Shown here: positions 24,228-35,644 of the stretch, one piece after another
How positions within the stretch are numbered: position 1 is the stretch's first letter
Layout: each line of letters begins with the position of its first letter
Assembly (NCBI RefSeq): GCF_004010195.1
Contig: NC_057749.1
Span: forward strand, 26,627,919-26,671,592
DNA from: Chiloscyllium plagiosum
Lineage: Eukaryota
DNA: 43,674 nt
Reading direction: 5' to 3'
Notes under the pieces: generated by a model
Databases searched by the model: none
The model's input: only the letters and a program-made list of their open reading frames with translations
Told to the model about the DNA's origin: nothing
Program-made: the position numbers and the translations under genes

Positions 24228-24335
24228 AAAAACATAGAAAACAGGAACAGGAGGAGGCCTTTGAGTCTGCTCCACCACTCAATATGACCATGGCTGATTA
24301 TTCAACTCAGTACCCAGTTCCCACTTTCTCCCCCA
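24228..24335 (-). mobile_element. CR1 3' UTR remnant
   Basis: catagaaaacaggaacaggagg...ctgctccacc...catggctgat, like 7875-7960. Confidence 0.55.
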
Positions 24336-24339
24336 CTGC

Positions 24340-24697
24340 TCAGCATAAGAGTTGAGATGTCATGTTAAAGATGTACAGGTTTTTGTTGAGGCCACTTTTA
24401 TAATACTACACACATTTCTAGTTGTGCTGCTATCGGAAAGATATTGTTAAACTTGAAAGGGTTCAGGAAAGATTTCAAAGATGTGTCTGGGATTGGAGGG
24501 TTTGAGCTATAGGGAAAGGTTGAATACGCTGGATTATTTTTCCCTGGAGTGTCAGAGACTGAGGGGTGACCTTATAGAGGTTTATAAAATCATGAGGGGC
24601 ATGAATACGGTGAATAGCCACGGGCTTTTCCCGCGAGTGGGAGGGGGAGTCAAAAAATAGAGGACATAGGCTTGAGATGAGAGGGAAAGATTTAAAA
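24340..24697 (+). mobile_element. CR1 3' fragment A (continues at 27982-28122)
   Basis: Encodes LERVQERF...LRGDLIEVYKIMRG-like sequence and breaks at aagatttaaaa. Confidence 0.75.
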
Positions 24698-24708
24698 TAG
24701 AATAGAAT

Positions 24709-27700
24709 GTGTTTACAGGATCCTTGAGGGAAGGGGGAGCAGCCCCAATCGTGGTCCACATAGGCAGGAACAATATAGGTAGGAAAAGGGATGGGGATTT
24801 AAGGCAGAAATTCAGGGAGCTAGGGTGAAAACTTAGAACTAGGACAAACAGAGTTGTGATCGCTGGTTTGTTCCCTGTGCCATGTGCCAGCAAGGCATGG
24901 AATAGGGAGAGACAGGAATGGTTGTTGCTGGTTCTGGAATTTAGATGTTTCAGTTAGAACAGAGAAGATGGTAAAAAAGGCGGAGGTATGGCATTGTTAG
25001 TCAAGGACAATATTACAGTGGCAGAAAGGACGTTTGAGGCCTTGTCTACCGAGGTAGTATGGGCTGAGGTTAGAAACAGGAAAGGAGAGGTCACCCTATT
25101 GGAAGTTTTCTATAGGCCTCCAAACAGTTCCAGAGATGTAGAGGAAAGGATAGCAAAGATGATTCTGGATAGGAGTGACAGTAACAGTGTAGTGTTATGG
25201 GGGACTTTAACTGTCCAAATATTGACTGGAAATAATATAGTTTGAAGACTTTAGATGGGCCAGTTTTTGTCCAATGCATGCAGGAGGGTTTCCTGACACA
25301 GTATGTAGACAGACCAACAAAGGGCTAGGACACATTGGATTTAGTACTGGGTATTGAAACCGGCTCAGTGTTAGATTTGGAGATAAGTGAGCATTTTGAT
25401 GATAGTGACCACAATTCAGTTATGTTTACTTTAGTGATGGAAAGGGATAGGTATATACCGCAGGGAAAGAGTTATAGCTGGGAAAAGACAATTATGATGC
25501 GATTAGGCAAGATTGAGGATGCATAGGATGGGGAAGGAAACTGCAGAGGATGGGCACAATTGAAATGTGGAGCTTATTCAAGGAACAGCTACTACGTGTC
25601 CTTGATAAGTATGTATCTGTCAGGCAAGGAGGAAGTGGTTGAACGAGGGTGCCAAGGTTTACTAAAGAAGTTGAATCTCTTGTCAAGAGGAAGAAGAAGG
25701 CTTCTGTAAAGATGAGACGTGAAGGCTCAGTTAGGGCGCTTAAGAGTTACAAGTTAGCCAGGGAAGAACAAAGAGACAACTAAGAAGAGCCAGGAGGGGA
25801 CATGAGAAATCATTGGCAGATGGAATCAGGGTCAACCCTAAAGCTTTCAACAAGTATATCAGGAATAAAAGAATGACTAGAATAAGATTAGGGTCAATCA
25901 AAGACAGTAGTGGGAAATGGTCCGTGGAGTCCGAGGAGATAGGAGAAGTGATAAATGAATATTTTTCATCAGTATTCACACTGGAAAGAGACAATGTTAT
26001 TGGGGAGAATACTGAGATACAGGCTACTAGACCAGATGGGATTGAAGTTCACAAGTAGGAGGTGTTAGCAAATCTGGAAAGTGAGAAAATTGATAATAGG
26101 ATTCTCTGGGAAGCCAGGGAGTGATTGCAGGGAGGTAATTGCAGGGAGGTGATTTTTATGTCGTCATTGTCTACTGGAACAGTATCAGAAAACTGGAGGA
26201 TAGCAAATGTCCCCTTGTTCAAGAAGGGGAGCAGAGACAACCCTGGTAGTTATAAACCAGACAGCCTTACTTTGGTTGTGGGTAAAGTGTTGGAAAAGGT
26301 CATGAAAGATAGGATTTATAATTATCTAGAAAGGAATAAGTTGATTAGGGATAGATAACATGGTTTTGTGAAGGATAGGTCGTGCCTCACAAATCTTATT
26401 AAGTTGTTTGAGATGGTAACCAAACAGGTGGATAAGGGTAAGGTGATTGATGTGGTGTATGGATTTCAGTGAAGCATTTGATAACGGTGATTTAGCAGTT
26501 TGAATCAGAGATTGGTTAGCTGAAAGAAGACAGAGGGTGGTGGTTGATGGGAAATGTTCATCCTGGAGTTCAGTTACTAGCAGTGTACTGCAAGTGTTTT
26601 GGGGCCACTGCTGTTTATGATTTTTATAAATGACCCAGATGAGGGCATAGAAGGATGGGTTAGTAAATTTGTGGATGACACTAAGGTTGATAAAGTTATG
26701 GATAGTGCTGAAGAATGTTGCAGGTTACAGAGGGACATCAATAAGCTGCAGAGCTGGCAAACTGAGTTTAATGTGGAAAAGTGTGAGGTGATTCACTTTG
26801 GAACGAACAACAGGAATAAACAGTACTGGGCTAATGCTAAAAATCAATAACACTCAGTTATAGTCCAACAGGTCTATTTGGAAGAACTAGCTTTCACCAA
26901 GAAGGAGCAGTGCTCCAAAAGCTAGTGCTTCCAAATAAACCTGTTGGACTATAACCCAGTGTTGTGTGATTTTTAACTTGGTCCACCCCAGTCCAACACT
27001 GGGGTGTCTCCAAATCTGGGCTAATGCTAAGATTCTTGGCAGTGTAGATGAGCAATGAGATCTCAGTGTCCATGTACATAGATGCCAAAGTTGCCACCCA
27101 GGTTGATAAGGTTGTTCAGAAGGCATACGGTGTGTTAGCTTTTATTGGTAGAGGAATTGAGCTTTGGAGTTATGAGGTCATGTTGCAGCTGTATAAAACT
27201 CTGGTGCGGCCGCACTTGGAGTATTGTGTACAGTTCTGGTCACTGCATTATAGGAAGGATGTGGAAGTTTTGGAAAGGGTTCAGAGAAGATTTACTAGGA
27301 TGTTGCCTGGTATGGAGGGAAGGTCTTATGAGGAAAGGCTGAGGGACTTGAGGCTGTTTTCATTGGAGAGAAGAAGGTTGAGAGGTGACTTAATTGAGGC
27401 ATAGCAGATAATCAGAGGGTTAGATAGGGTGGACAGGGAGATGGTGATGGCTAGCACGAGGGGACATAGCTTTAAATTGAGGGGCGATAGATATAGGACA
27501 GATGTCCGAGGTAGTCTCTTTACTCAGAGAGTAGTAGGGGCATGGAATGTCCTGCCTGCAGCAGTAATGGACTCACCTATTTTAGGGGCATTTAAATGAT
27601 CATTGGATAACATATAGATGAAAATGGAATAGAGTAGGATAGATGGACTTCAGATTGGTTCCACAGGTTGGCTCAACATCGAGGGCCAAAGGACCTGTAC

Positions 27701-27724
27701 TACGCTATAATGTTCTGTGTTCTA
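24709..27724 (+). mobile_element. CR1 LINE B: ORF1 esterase fragment plus pseudogenised APE-RT ORF2 and 3' UTR
   Basis: FYRPPNS, DSDHNSVMF, ENWRIANVPLFKKG, LGPLLF..KFVDDTK, LYKTLVRPHLEYCVQFWS, with multiple stops and deletions. Confidence 0.92.
26841..27015. mobile_element. Penelope family A inverted mini-insert inside CR1 B
   Basis: 15-bp TSD ctgggctaatgctaa (26826-26840, 27016-27030). Arms gttatagtccaacagg / cctgttggactataac. Confidence 0.85.
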
Positions 27725-27732
27725 ATTGAATT

Positions 27733-27982
27733 GGAATAGAATAGAATAGAATCCCTACTGTGTGAAAACAGGCCCCTCGGCCCAACAAGTCCACACTTAT
27801 CCTCCGAAGATTAACCCACCCAGACCCATTCCCGTACTGCTCTACATTTACCCCAGATTAATGCACCTAACCTACACATACCTGATCAGAATGGGCAATT
27901 TAGCATGGCCAATTCACCTAACCTGTACATTTTGGACTGTGGGAGGAAACGGGAGCACCTGGAAGAAACCCACACAGACACG
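27733..27982 (-). mobile_element. 5'-truncated V-SINE with (aatag)n tail
   Basis: Reverse complement of the V-domain and tail. Confidence 0.8.
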
Positions 27983-28122
27983 GGAAGATTTAAAAGGTTG
28001 AATCTATGAACACGTTTAGAGGGACATGGGCCAAGTACTGGTAAATGTGACTGGATCAGTTTAGGATATCTGGTCAGTATTGATGAGTGAACCAAATGGT
28101 CTGTACAACTCTATGACTCTAT
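27982..28122 (+). mobile_element. Remainder of CR1 fragment A including the 3' UTR
   Basis: gggaagatttaaaagg...tttagagggacatgggcc...ctctatgactcta tail. Confidence 0.65.
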
Positions 28123-28124
28123 AA

Positions 28125-28450
28125 CCATGTCTAACTTATTCTTGAGAACATTCAGTGTTTTGGCCTCTACAGCTTTCTGTGAAAGAGAATCCCAGAGGTT
28201 CACCAATTTCTCAGTGAAAATATTTCTCCTCATCCTAGTCCTAAATTGCCTTCTTCATTTCCTTAGACTGTGATCCCTGGCTTTGGACCCCAGTCTTCAA
28301 GAACATCCTTCCTGCATCTACCTTGTCTTGTGCTGTTAGAATTTTATAGGTTACAAGGAGATCCTCCTCATTCTTCTAAACTCCAATGCAATTCATTCAA
28401 TCTCTTTTTGCACATCAATCCTGCCAAACCAGCAGTCAGTCTTGTAAACA
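28125..28450 (-). mobile_element. Degraded CR1 3' fragment
   Basis: Similar to 785-1135 and 8010-8330. Confidence 0.6.
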
Positions 28451-28666
28451 AATTTGGATCAGACTTTGCAGCTTGGAGTTTGCAAGCAACTTGGTGTCAT
28501 CCACAACATCATCATTATTTGTTTTATGTTAGCCTTACTGTTTTCTTTGCTTGTATTTCCTAATGAACTATGCATCAATTTGTTATTTCCCTCTTCCCTA
28601 CCTGTTGCAATGTGCCTAACAACAATCTAGGTTTGTTCAATATATCATTTCAGTTGCATGACATGT

Positions 28667-28983
28667 GGGCGGCACGGTGGCACAGTGGTTAGCACTGCTG
28701 CCTCACAGCGCCAGAGATCCGGGTTCAATTCCCGACTCAGGCGACTGACTGTGTGGAGTTTGCACATTCTCCCCGTGTCTGCGTGGGTTTCCTCCGGGTG
28801 CTCCGGTTTCCTCCCACAGTCACAAAGATGTGCGGGTTAGGTGAATTGGCCATGCTAAATTGCCCGTAGTGTTAGGTAAAAGGGGTAAATGTAGGGGTAT
28901 GGGTGGGTTGCGCTTCGGCGGGTCGGTGTGGACTTGTTGGGCCGAAGGGCCTGTTTCCACACTGTAAGTAATCTAATAATCTA
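28667..28983 (+). mobile_element. Full-length young V-SINE (HE1-type, tRNA-derived)
   Basis: A-box tggcacagtgg, B-box ggttcaattcc, V-domain with CpGs retained, tail taatctaataatcta. Confidence 0.92.
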
Positions 28984-28984
28984 A

Positions 28985-29145
28985 ACATTGTAATCTTTTG
29001 CTGTAAATTGTGTGTCTTATGATCCTGATGATGGAGCAGCGCTCCCAAAGCTAGTGCTTCCAATTAAACCTGTTGGACTATAACCTGGTGTTGTGTGATT
29101 TTTAATTTTGTCCACCCCAGTCCAACACCAACTCCTCCACATCAT
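28985..29145 (+). mobile_element. Penelope family A terminus with a degenerate hammerhead
   Basis: cctgatgatggagcagcgctcccaaagctagtg followed by the tail. Confidence 0.7.
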
Positions 29146-29149
29146 ATAA

Positions 29150-31800
29150 TCAACTTTAACCACACAGTGAGAGAACCAATAGATGTGTTCAGCAAAGCAA
29201 GTCCTCATCCCTTTTGTTTCCCTTTCTGTCCCATCTAAAACAGTGATATCCTGGAATGTTAAGCTGCAAGTCCTGTCCTTCCTTTAACCAAGTTAAAAAT
29301 CACACAACACCAGGTTATAGTCCAACAGGTTTAATTGGAAGCACACTAGCTTTCGGAGCGATGCTCCTTCATCAGGTGATTGTGGAGGGCTCGATCGTAA
29401 CACAAAATTTATAGTAAAAATTTGCAGATTGATGTAACTGAAATTATACATTGAAAAATTGATTGTCTGTTAAGCCTTTCATCTGTTAGAATACAGTGAT
29501 AGTTTCACTTCTTTCATGTGTAAATCACAAAACCCTTATTTTTAAAGTTGCATTCTCGGGTTAGCTGTTAACAATGGTGATAGCTAGACAATATGTTGAA
29601 GGTGTTAGCCCCCTGTGTTCTCTGTCAATGACCTGATGTTTAGATTGATTNNNNNNNNNNNNNNNNNNNNNNNNNNNNNNNNNNNNNNNNNNNNNNNNNN
29701 NNNNNNNNNNNNNNNNNNNNNNNNNNNNNNNNNNNNNNNNNNNNNNNNNNNNNNNNNNNNNNNNNNNNNNNNNNNNNNNNNNNNNNNNNNNNNNNNNNNN
29801 NNNNNNNNNNNNNNNNNNNNNNNNNNNNNNNNNNNNNNNNNNNNNNNNNNNNNNNNNNNNNNNNNNNNNNNNNNNNNNNNNNNNNNNNNNNNNNNNNNNN
29901 NNNNNNNNNNNNNNNNNNNNNNNNNNNNNNNNNNNNNNNNNNNNNNNNNNNNNNNNNNNNNNNNNNNNNNNNNNNNNNNNNNNNNNNNNNNNNNNNNNNN
30001 NNNNNNNNNNNNNNNNNNNNNNNNNNNNNNNNNNNNNNNNNNNNNNNNNNNNNNNNNNNNNNNNNNNNNNNNNNNNNNNNNNNNNNNNNNNNNNNNNNNN
30101 NNNNNNNNNNNNNNNNNNNNNNNNNNNNNNNNNNNNNNNNNNNNNNNNNNNNNNNNNNNNNNNNNNNNNNNNNNNNNNNNNNNNNNNNNNNNNNNNNNNN
30201 NNNNNNNNNNNNNNNNNNNNNNNNNNNNNNNNNNNNNNNNNNNNAGCTTTCGGAGCGACGTTCCTTCATCAGGTGATAGTGGAGGGCTCAATCCTAACAC
30301 ACTGCAACTTTAAAAATAAGGGTTTTGTGATTTACACATGAAAGAAGTGAAACTATCACTGTATTCTAACAGATGAAAGGCTTAACAGACAATCAATTTT
30401 TCAATGTATAATTTCAGTTACATCACACTGCAAATTTTTGCTATAAATTCTGTGTTACGATCGAGCCCTCCACAACCACCTGATCAAGGAGCGTCGCTCC
30501 GAAAGCTAGTGTGCGTCCAATTAAACCTGTTGGACTATAACCTGGTGTGGTGTGATTTTTAACTTTGTACACCCCAGTCCAACACCGGCATCTCCAAATC
30601 ATGACTCCTTTAACCATGTCTTCGTAATAGCAATAACATCATAATTGCATGCAGTAATCCATGCTCTTGGTTCATCTGTCTTACCTGTTATATTTCTTGC
30701 ATTGAAGTAAATGCACTCCAGACCTCCAGTCCCACTGAGCCCCACAACTTCCCTCTGTCTGCTCCAACTCTGCACTATGTATACCTCAGTCTCACTTTTG
30801 TGCCCAGTCCCTGCAATTATTGACCGTTATTCCAGTTCCCACTCTTCTGCCACATTAGTTTCAAACCCCTGAAAAGCTCTAGCAAACCTCCCAACAGGAT
30901 ATTGGTGCTCTTCCAGTTCAGATGCAACCCATCCTTCTTGTACAGGTCCCATCCTCCCCAGAAGACATTCCAATGATCCACATATCTAAAGCCCTCCCTC
31001 TTACACCAGCTCCATTGCCACATGTTCAACTGTACTCTCTCTCTACTCCTAGCCTCACCAGCCCATGGCATGGGTAGTAATCCTGAGATTACTATCCTGG
31101 TAATCCTGCTTTTTATCTACCTACTTAACTCTTTGAATTGTCTTTGCAGGACCACTTCCTTCTTCCTATCTATATCATTTGTGCCAATGTGGACAATGAT
31201 TTCTATTTGTTTTCCCTCCAATTTCAGAATGTCCTGTACTTGTACAGAGAGATCCAGGATCCTGGCACCAGGAAGGCAACACACTGTCCTAGACACTTGT
31301 TCACGGCCACCGAAACACCTGTCTGTGCCCCTGCCGATTGAGTCACCTTCTCCTATTGCTCACTTGGACTTTGCCACAAACTGCTCTACAGCAGAACCAG
31401 TTGTAGTTCCACAGGCCTGGCTGCTGCTTGTACTATCTCCTGAGAATCTATGCCCCCCAGCAGTATCCAAAACAATATACCTGTTTGAGAGGGGGATAGC
31501 CACAGGAGACCCCTATGCTACCTGCCTGCCTCTCCTGGTGGTCACCCATCTATTTCTCTGGACCTATGGTGTGACCACGTCCTGAAAGCTCCCTATCACC
31601 TTCTCTGTCCCCTGTGTGCAGTGCAGTGAGCCAGCTGTTTCTACATCCAAACCATGTGGTCTGTGAGGAACTGCAGCTAGTCACACTTCCTGCAGATGTA
31701 GTTATCAGAGATAATAGACTGCTCCCTGATTTCCCACATCTGGCAGGAGGAGCATATCACTACCCTAATTGCCATCTCTGCCCTTGTACAGTTAAAAAAA
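29150..31800 (-). mobile_element. CR1 5' part (ORF1 Cys zinc finger plus SGNH esterase, start of ORF2), split by the Penelope insert
   Basis: MAIRVVICSSCQMWE...YICRKC and EGFRYVDHWNVFWG..LYKKDGLHLN. Confidence 0.85.
29291..30605. mobile_element. Penelope family A insert: two tandem minus-strand termini plus one inverted terminus, gapped
   Basis: TSD tcctttaacca (29280-29290, 30606-30616). Hammerhead motifs at 29344-29378 (-), 30245-30275 (-) and 30477-30511 (+, CTGATCA variant). Confidence 0.85.
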
Positions 31801-32387
31801 AAGCTTATCTTGCCAGTCTTCCTCACTGTGCCTTTTAGTTGTGTTGACTGCAGTGACCTCTCAGCCATCCTCTGATTCAATGCTCTTCCTCGTGTTGATT
31901 ACTGAAGAGTGTAGAGAGAAGTGGCTTGCAGTCAAACTTGACTGTCACTCTGTCTCTTTGAAGCAGTAATTGATGAAAATGTTCACAGGCAAAGATAATG
32001 GCCAGGCAATCCTCTTTGATCTGAGTCTCCCAATTCCATTATCACCTGGCTGAAACAAGCAAAAACAGAAAGTGCTGCAGAAACTCAGCAGGCCTGGCAG
32101 CATATGTCGAGAGAAAGCAGATACATTTGCAAATCTCTTTTGACACTTTGAGCATTTCTAGGCCAAATTTTGATGTGCTCCAGCTGAGATCAATGACTTT
32201 TGCTCACTATCTATTTCCAGGAACTCCAGATCTTGATTTTTGTCTTTGGATCAGACCCTCAGGGTCATCTATCCACTTGCTGCAGATACAGTGTCCCTTT
32301 TTTGAGAGAAGGTTTCTCTTCTCCCTCCAGCAAATGTTCGCACAGCAGGGTATCTTACACTTAATACAATTCTGTCCTTAATTAAAT

Positions 32388-32640
32388 CAAGTCAGAAGTC
32401 AATGACACCAGGTTATAGTCCAATAAGTTTATCTTAAATTGCAAACCTTTGGAGCCCTGCTCCTTTGTTAGAGTGGAGCACACAGGCACAGAATTTATAG
32501 GCAGAGAGATCAAAAGATCGTACAAATGGTGTGAATGAGTCTCAACAGGCTGAATAATAAGTCTCTGCAGGTGATCAAAAGTGTTAGATGGTGTGAGTGA
32601 GGGTATCAACAACTGAATAACAAGTGAAGGGATGAGCTAA
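32388..32640 (-). mobile_element. Penelope terminal remnant related to family A
   Basis: gacaccaggttatagtccaataagttta...cacagaatttata. Confidence 0.55.
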
Positions 32641-32901
32641 AATGACCTTTAATTAGACAATCTTTTAGCTGTACCATTTCACAGGGTTCTGTAAGCTGCA
32701 CAAATGCTATCATTATTGATCAATAAACTCTATTTTGGGCCTTAACATTTGGAACATTCACCAGCTCCATTCACTTAAAGTTCAAAGCATGCCTTCTAGG
32801 CTTTCAAACTTTCTGCTGTCTTTTTTATTGTTTCTCATTGAGATTTAAGTTAGAGTACAGTTTGTATCAGTCTCACTCTAGCAGTGATAACGTGTAGCTA
32901 T

Positions 32902-33157
32902 GGTGTGGAGATGTCGGTGTTGGACTGAGGTGTACAAAGTTAAAAGCCACACAACACCAGGTTATAGTCCAACAGGTTTAGTTGGAAGCACTAGCTTTCG
33001 GAGCGTCGCTCCTTCATCAGGTGGTAGTGGAAGACACAAAATTCTGTGCCTTACAATTGTGTCCTTCATAACCACCTGATTAAGGAGCGGCGCTTCGAAA
33101 GCTTGTGCTTCCAACTAAACCTGTTGGACTATAACCTGGTGTTGTGTGATTTTTAAC
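32902..33157. mobile_element. Penelope family A inverted mini-insert with an intact minus-strand hammerhead (32989-33023)
   Basis: TSD gtgtagctat (32892-32901, 33161-33170). Tail is on the left. Core cac-CTGATGA-aGGAGCgacGCTCC-GAAAGCTA-gtg. Confidence 0.85.
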
Positions 33158-33244
33158 AATGTGTAGCTATTTCTAGTTTCTGTGTGATATGGAAAGGCCA
33201 GGGCAAATTTTCTTCTTTAAAAATAGAAATGCTAATTGTTGCAG

Positions 33245-34212
33245 GTTAGTAACTTCCTCAACATCAGCTGTGTTGATGACGTTAATGACTTGGATACAGG
33301 ATAGAAGGCTCTGTAGCCAAACAAACAGGCAGGACAGTAAATTGCAATGAGGAAATAAGAACCTTATAAATGGATATAGATAGATTAGGTGAGTGGGCCA
33401 AAATGTGGCAGATGGAGTTTAGTGTGGATAAGTGCAAGGTCATGCATTTTGGTTGAAAAAATGGGAAGGCGACCTGTTATTTAAATGGGGAGAGATTTTG
33501 TGGTGCTCCGGTGCAGAGGGATCTGGGTGTCCTCATTCATGAGTCACAGAAAACTAACATGCAGGTACAGCAGATAATAAAGAAAGCAAATGGAATGTTG
33601 TTTTTTATAGCTATTGGAATAGAATATAAAGGTAAAGAAGTATTGGTGCAACTATAGAATGCATTTGTGATTCCGCGGCTGGAGTATTGTGTACAATTTT
33701 GGCCCCCTTATTTGATTAAAGATGTCATGGCATTGGAGACAGTTCAGAGGAGGTTCACTAGATTGATCCCAGAGATGAGGAATTTGTTGTATGAAGAAAG
33801 GTAGAACAGTTCAGACCTATACTGAATGGGATTTAGAAGAATGAGGGGAGATCAAGATGATAAAAGGTATGTAAAATAGACACAGAGCGGATGTTTCCCC
33901 TTGTGGGGCATTCTAGCATAAGAGGCCATAGTCTTAGGATAAGGGTAGCAAATTTAAAACGGAGTTGAGGAAAAACTACTTCTCCCAGGGGGTTGTGAAT
34001 CTGTGGAATTCGCTCCCCCAAAGTGTGGTGGATACTGGGACAGTGAGTAAGTTTAAGGAAGAGTTAGACAGATCGTTAATTGGGTTGAATGGTTATGTGG
34101 AGAAGGCAGGAAAATGGGAGTGAGGACTATATCTGCCATGACTGAATGGTGGAGCAGACTCGATGGGTTGAATGGCCTGATTCTGCTCCTATGTCTTATG
34201 AACTTATGAATT
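33245..34212 (+). mobile_element. CR1 3' part with UTR
   Basis: WAKMWQMEFSVDKCKVMHFG and LEYCVQFW motifs, tail cttatgaacttatgaa. Confidence 0.88.
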
Positions 34213-35644
34213 CTTGAGGAAGGACACATTGCAGGGATCTTGCAGTGAGGCATTATGGGTGGAGCTCAGGAATAGAAAGGGTGAAATCACAATGTTGGGA
34301 GTTTTCTATAGACCTCCCAACAGCCCACGGGAGACAGAGGAGCAGATATTTAATTCGGTACTGGAAAGGTGTGAAAAAAGCAGGGTAGTTGTGGTGGATG
34401 ACTTCAACTTTCCTCTTATTGACTTAAACTGTCTTGGAGCCAGGGGCTTGGATGGAGAGCAATTTGTTTGATGTGTCAAGGAGGGCTTTTTGAGTCTAGT
34501 ATGTTGACAATCCAACCAGGGAGGAGGCCATTCTAGACTTGACATTATGGAATGAGGCAGGACAGGTGATCCATGTTTCATTAGGAGAGCATTTAGGGCT
34601 TAGTGACGATAACTCCATCAGATTTCGCGTAGTCTTGGACAAGGACAAGAGTGGCCCTTGGGTGAGGGTGCTTAATTGGGCAATTACACCCAAATTAGAC
34701 AGGAACTGGGGAATGTGGATCGGCAGCAGTTATTGGAGGGCAAATCTATATCTGGCACGTGGGAGACTTTTAAAGAACAATTGATTAAAGTGCAGGACAT
34801 GTATGTCCCTGCAAAACTGAAGGATGGGAATGGCAGGATTCAGGAACCATGGATGACAAGGGCAATTGTAAACTTAGTCAAAAGAAAAAAGGAAGCATAC
34901 AATAGGTCTAGGAAGCTACAAACTGACGAAGCCCTTGAGGAGTATAGAGAAATTAGGAAGGAACTTAAATGTGGAATAAGGAAGGCTAAAAGGGGTCAGG
35001 AAATGTCTTTAGCAAACAGGGTCAAGGAGAATCCCAAGGCTTTTCGTGCATATACCACTCCCTCCGTGACTCCCTCGTCAGGTCCACACCCCCCACCAAC
35101 CCAACCTCCACTCCCGGCATCTTCCCCTGCAACTGCAAGAAATGCAAACATTGCACCCACACCTCCCCCCTTACTTCCCAGAAGACAGAGGTAGCAAGGA
35201 AAAGAGTAGGCCCACTCAAAGACAAAGGAGGGAATCAATGAGTGGAACCACAGAAAGTGAGAGAGATTCTTAATGAGTACCTTGTATCAGTATTCAACAA
35301 GGAGAAGGACATGACTGATGCTGAGGTCAGGGATGAGTGCGTGAATACTCTAGACAATGACAATATATTGAAAGAGGAAATTTTGGGAATCCTAAACTGC
35401 ATTAAAGTAGACAAATCCCAAGGGCCAGATAGGATCTATCCCAGGTTACTGCGAGAGGGAAGAAATAGCTGGGGCATTAGCAGATATCTTCACATCCTCT
35501 TTGACCATAGGTGAGGTTCCAGAGGACTGGAGATTAGCCAGTGTTGCTCCCTTGTTGAAGAAAGGAAACAGGGCTAATTCAGGAAATTATAGGCTGGTAA
35601 GCCTGATCTCTGTGGTGGGGATGCCCTTGGAGAAGATACTGAGG

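Noticed and set aside
28667..28740. tRNA gene
   Set aside because: tRNA-derived head of a V-SINE, continuous with the SINE body and tail.
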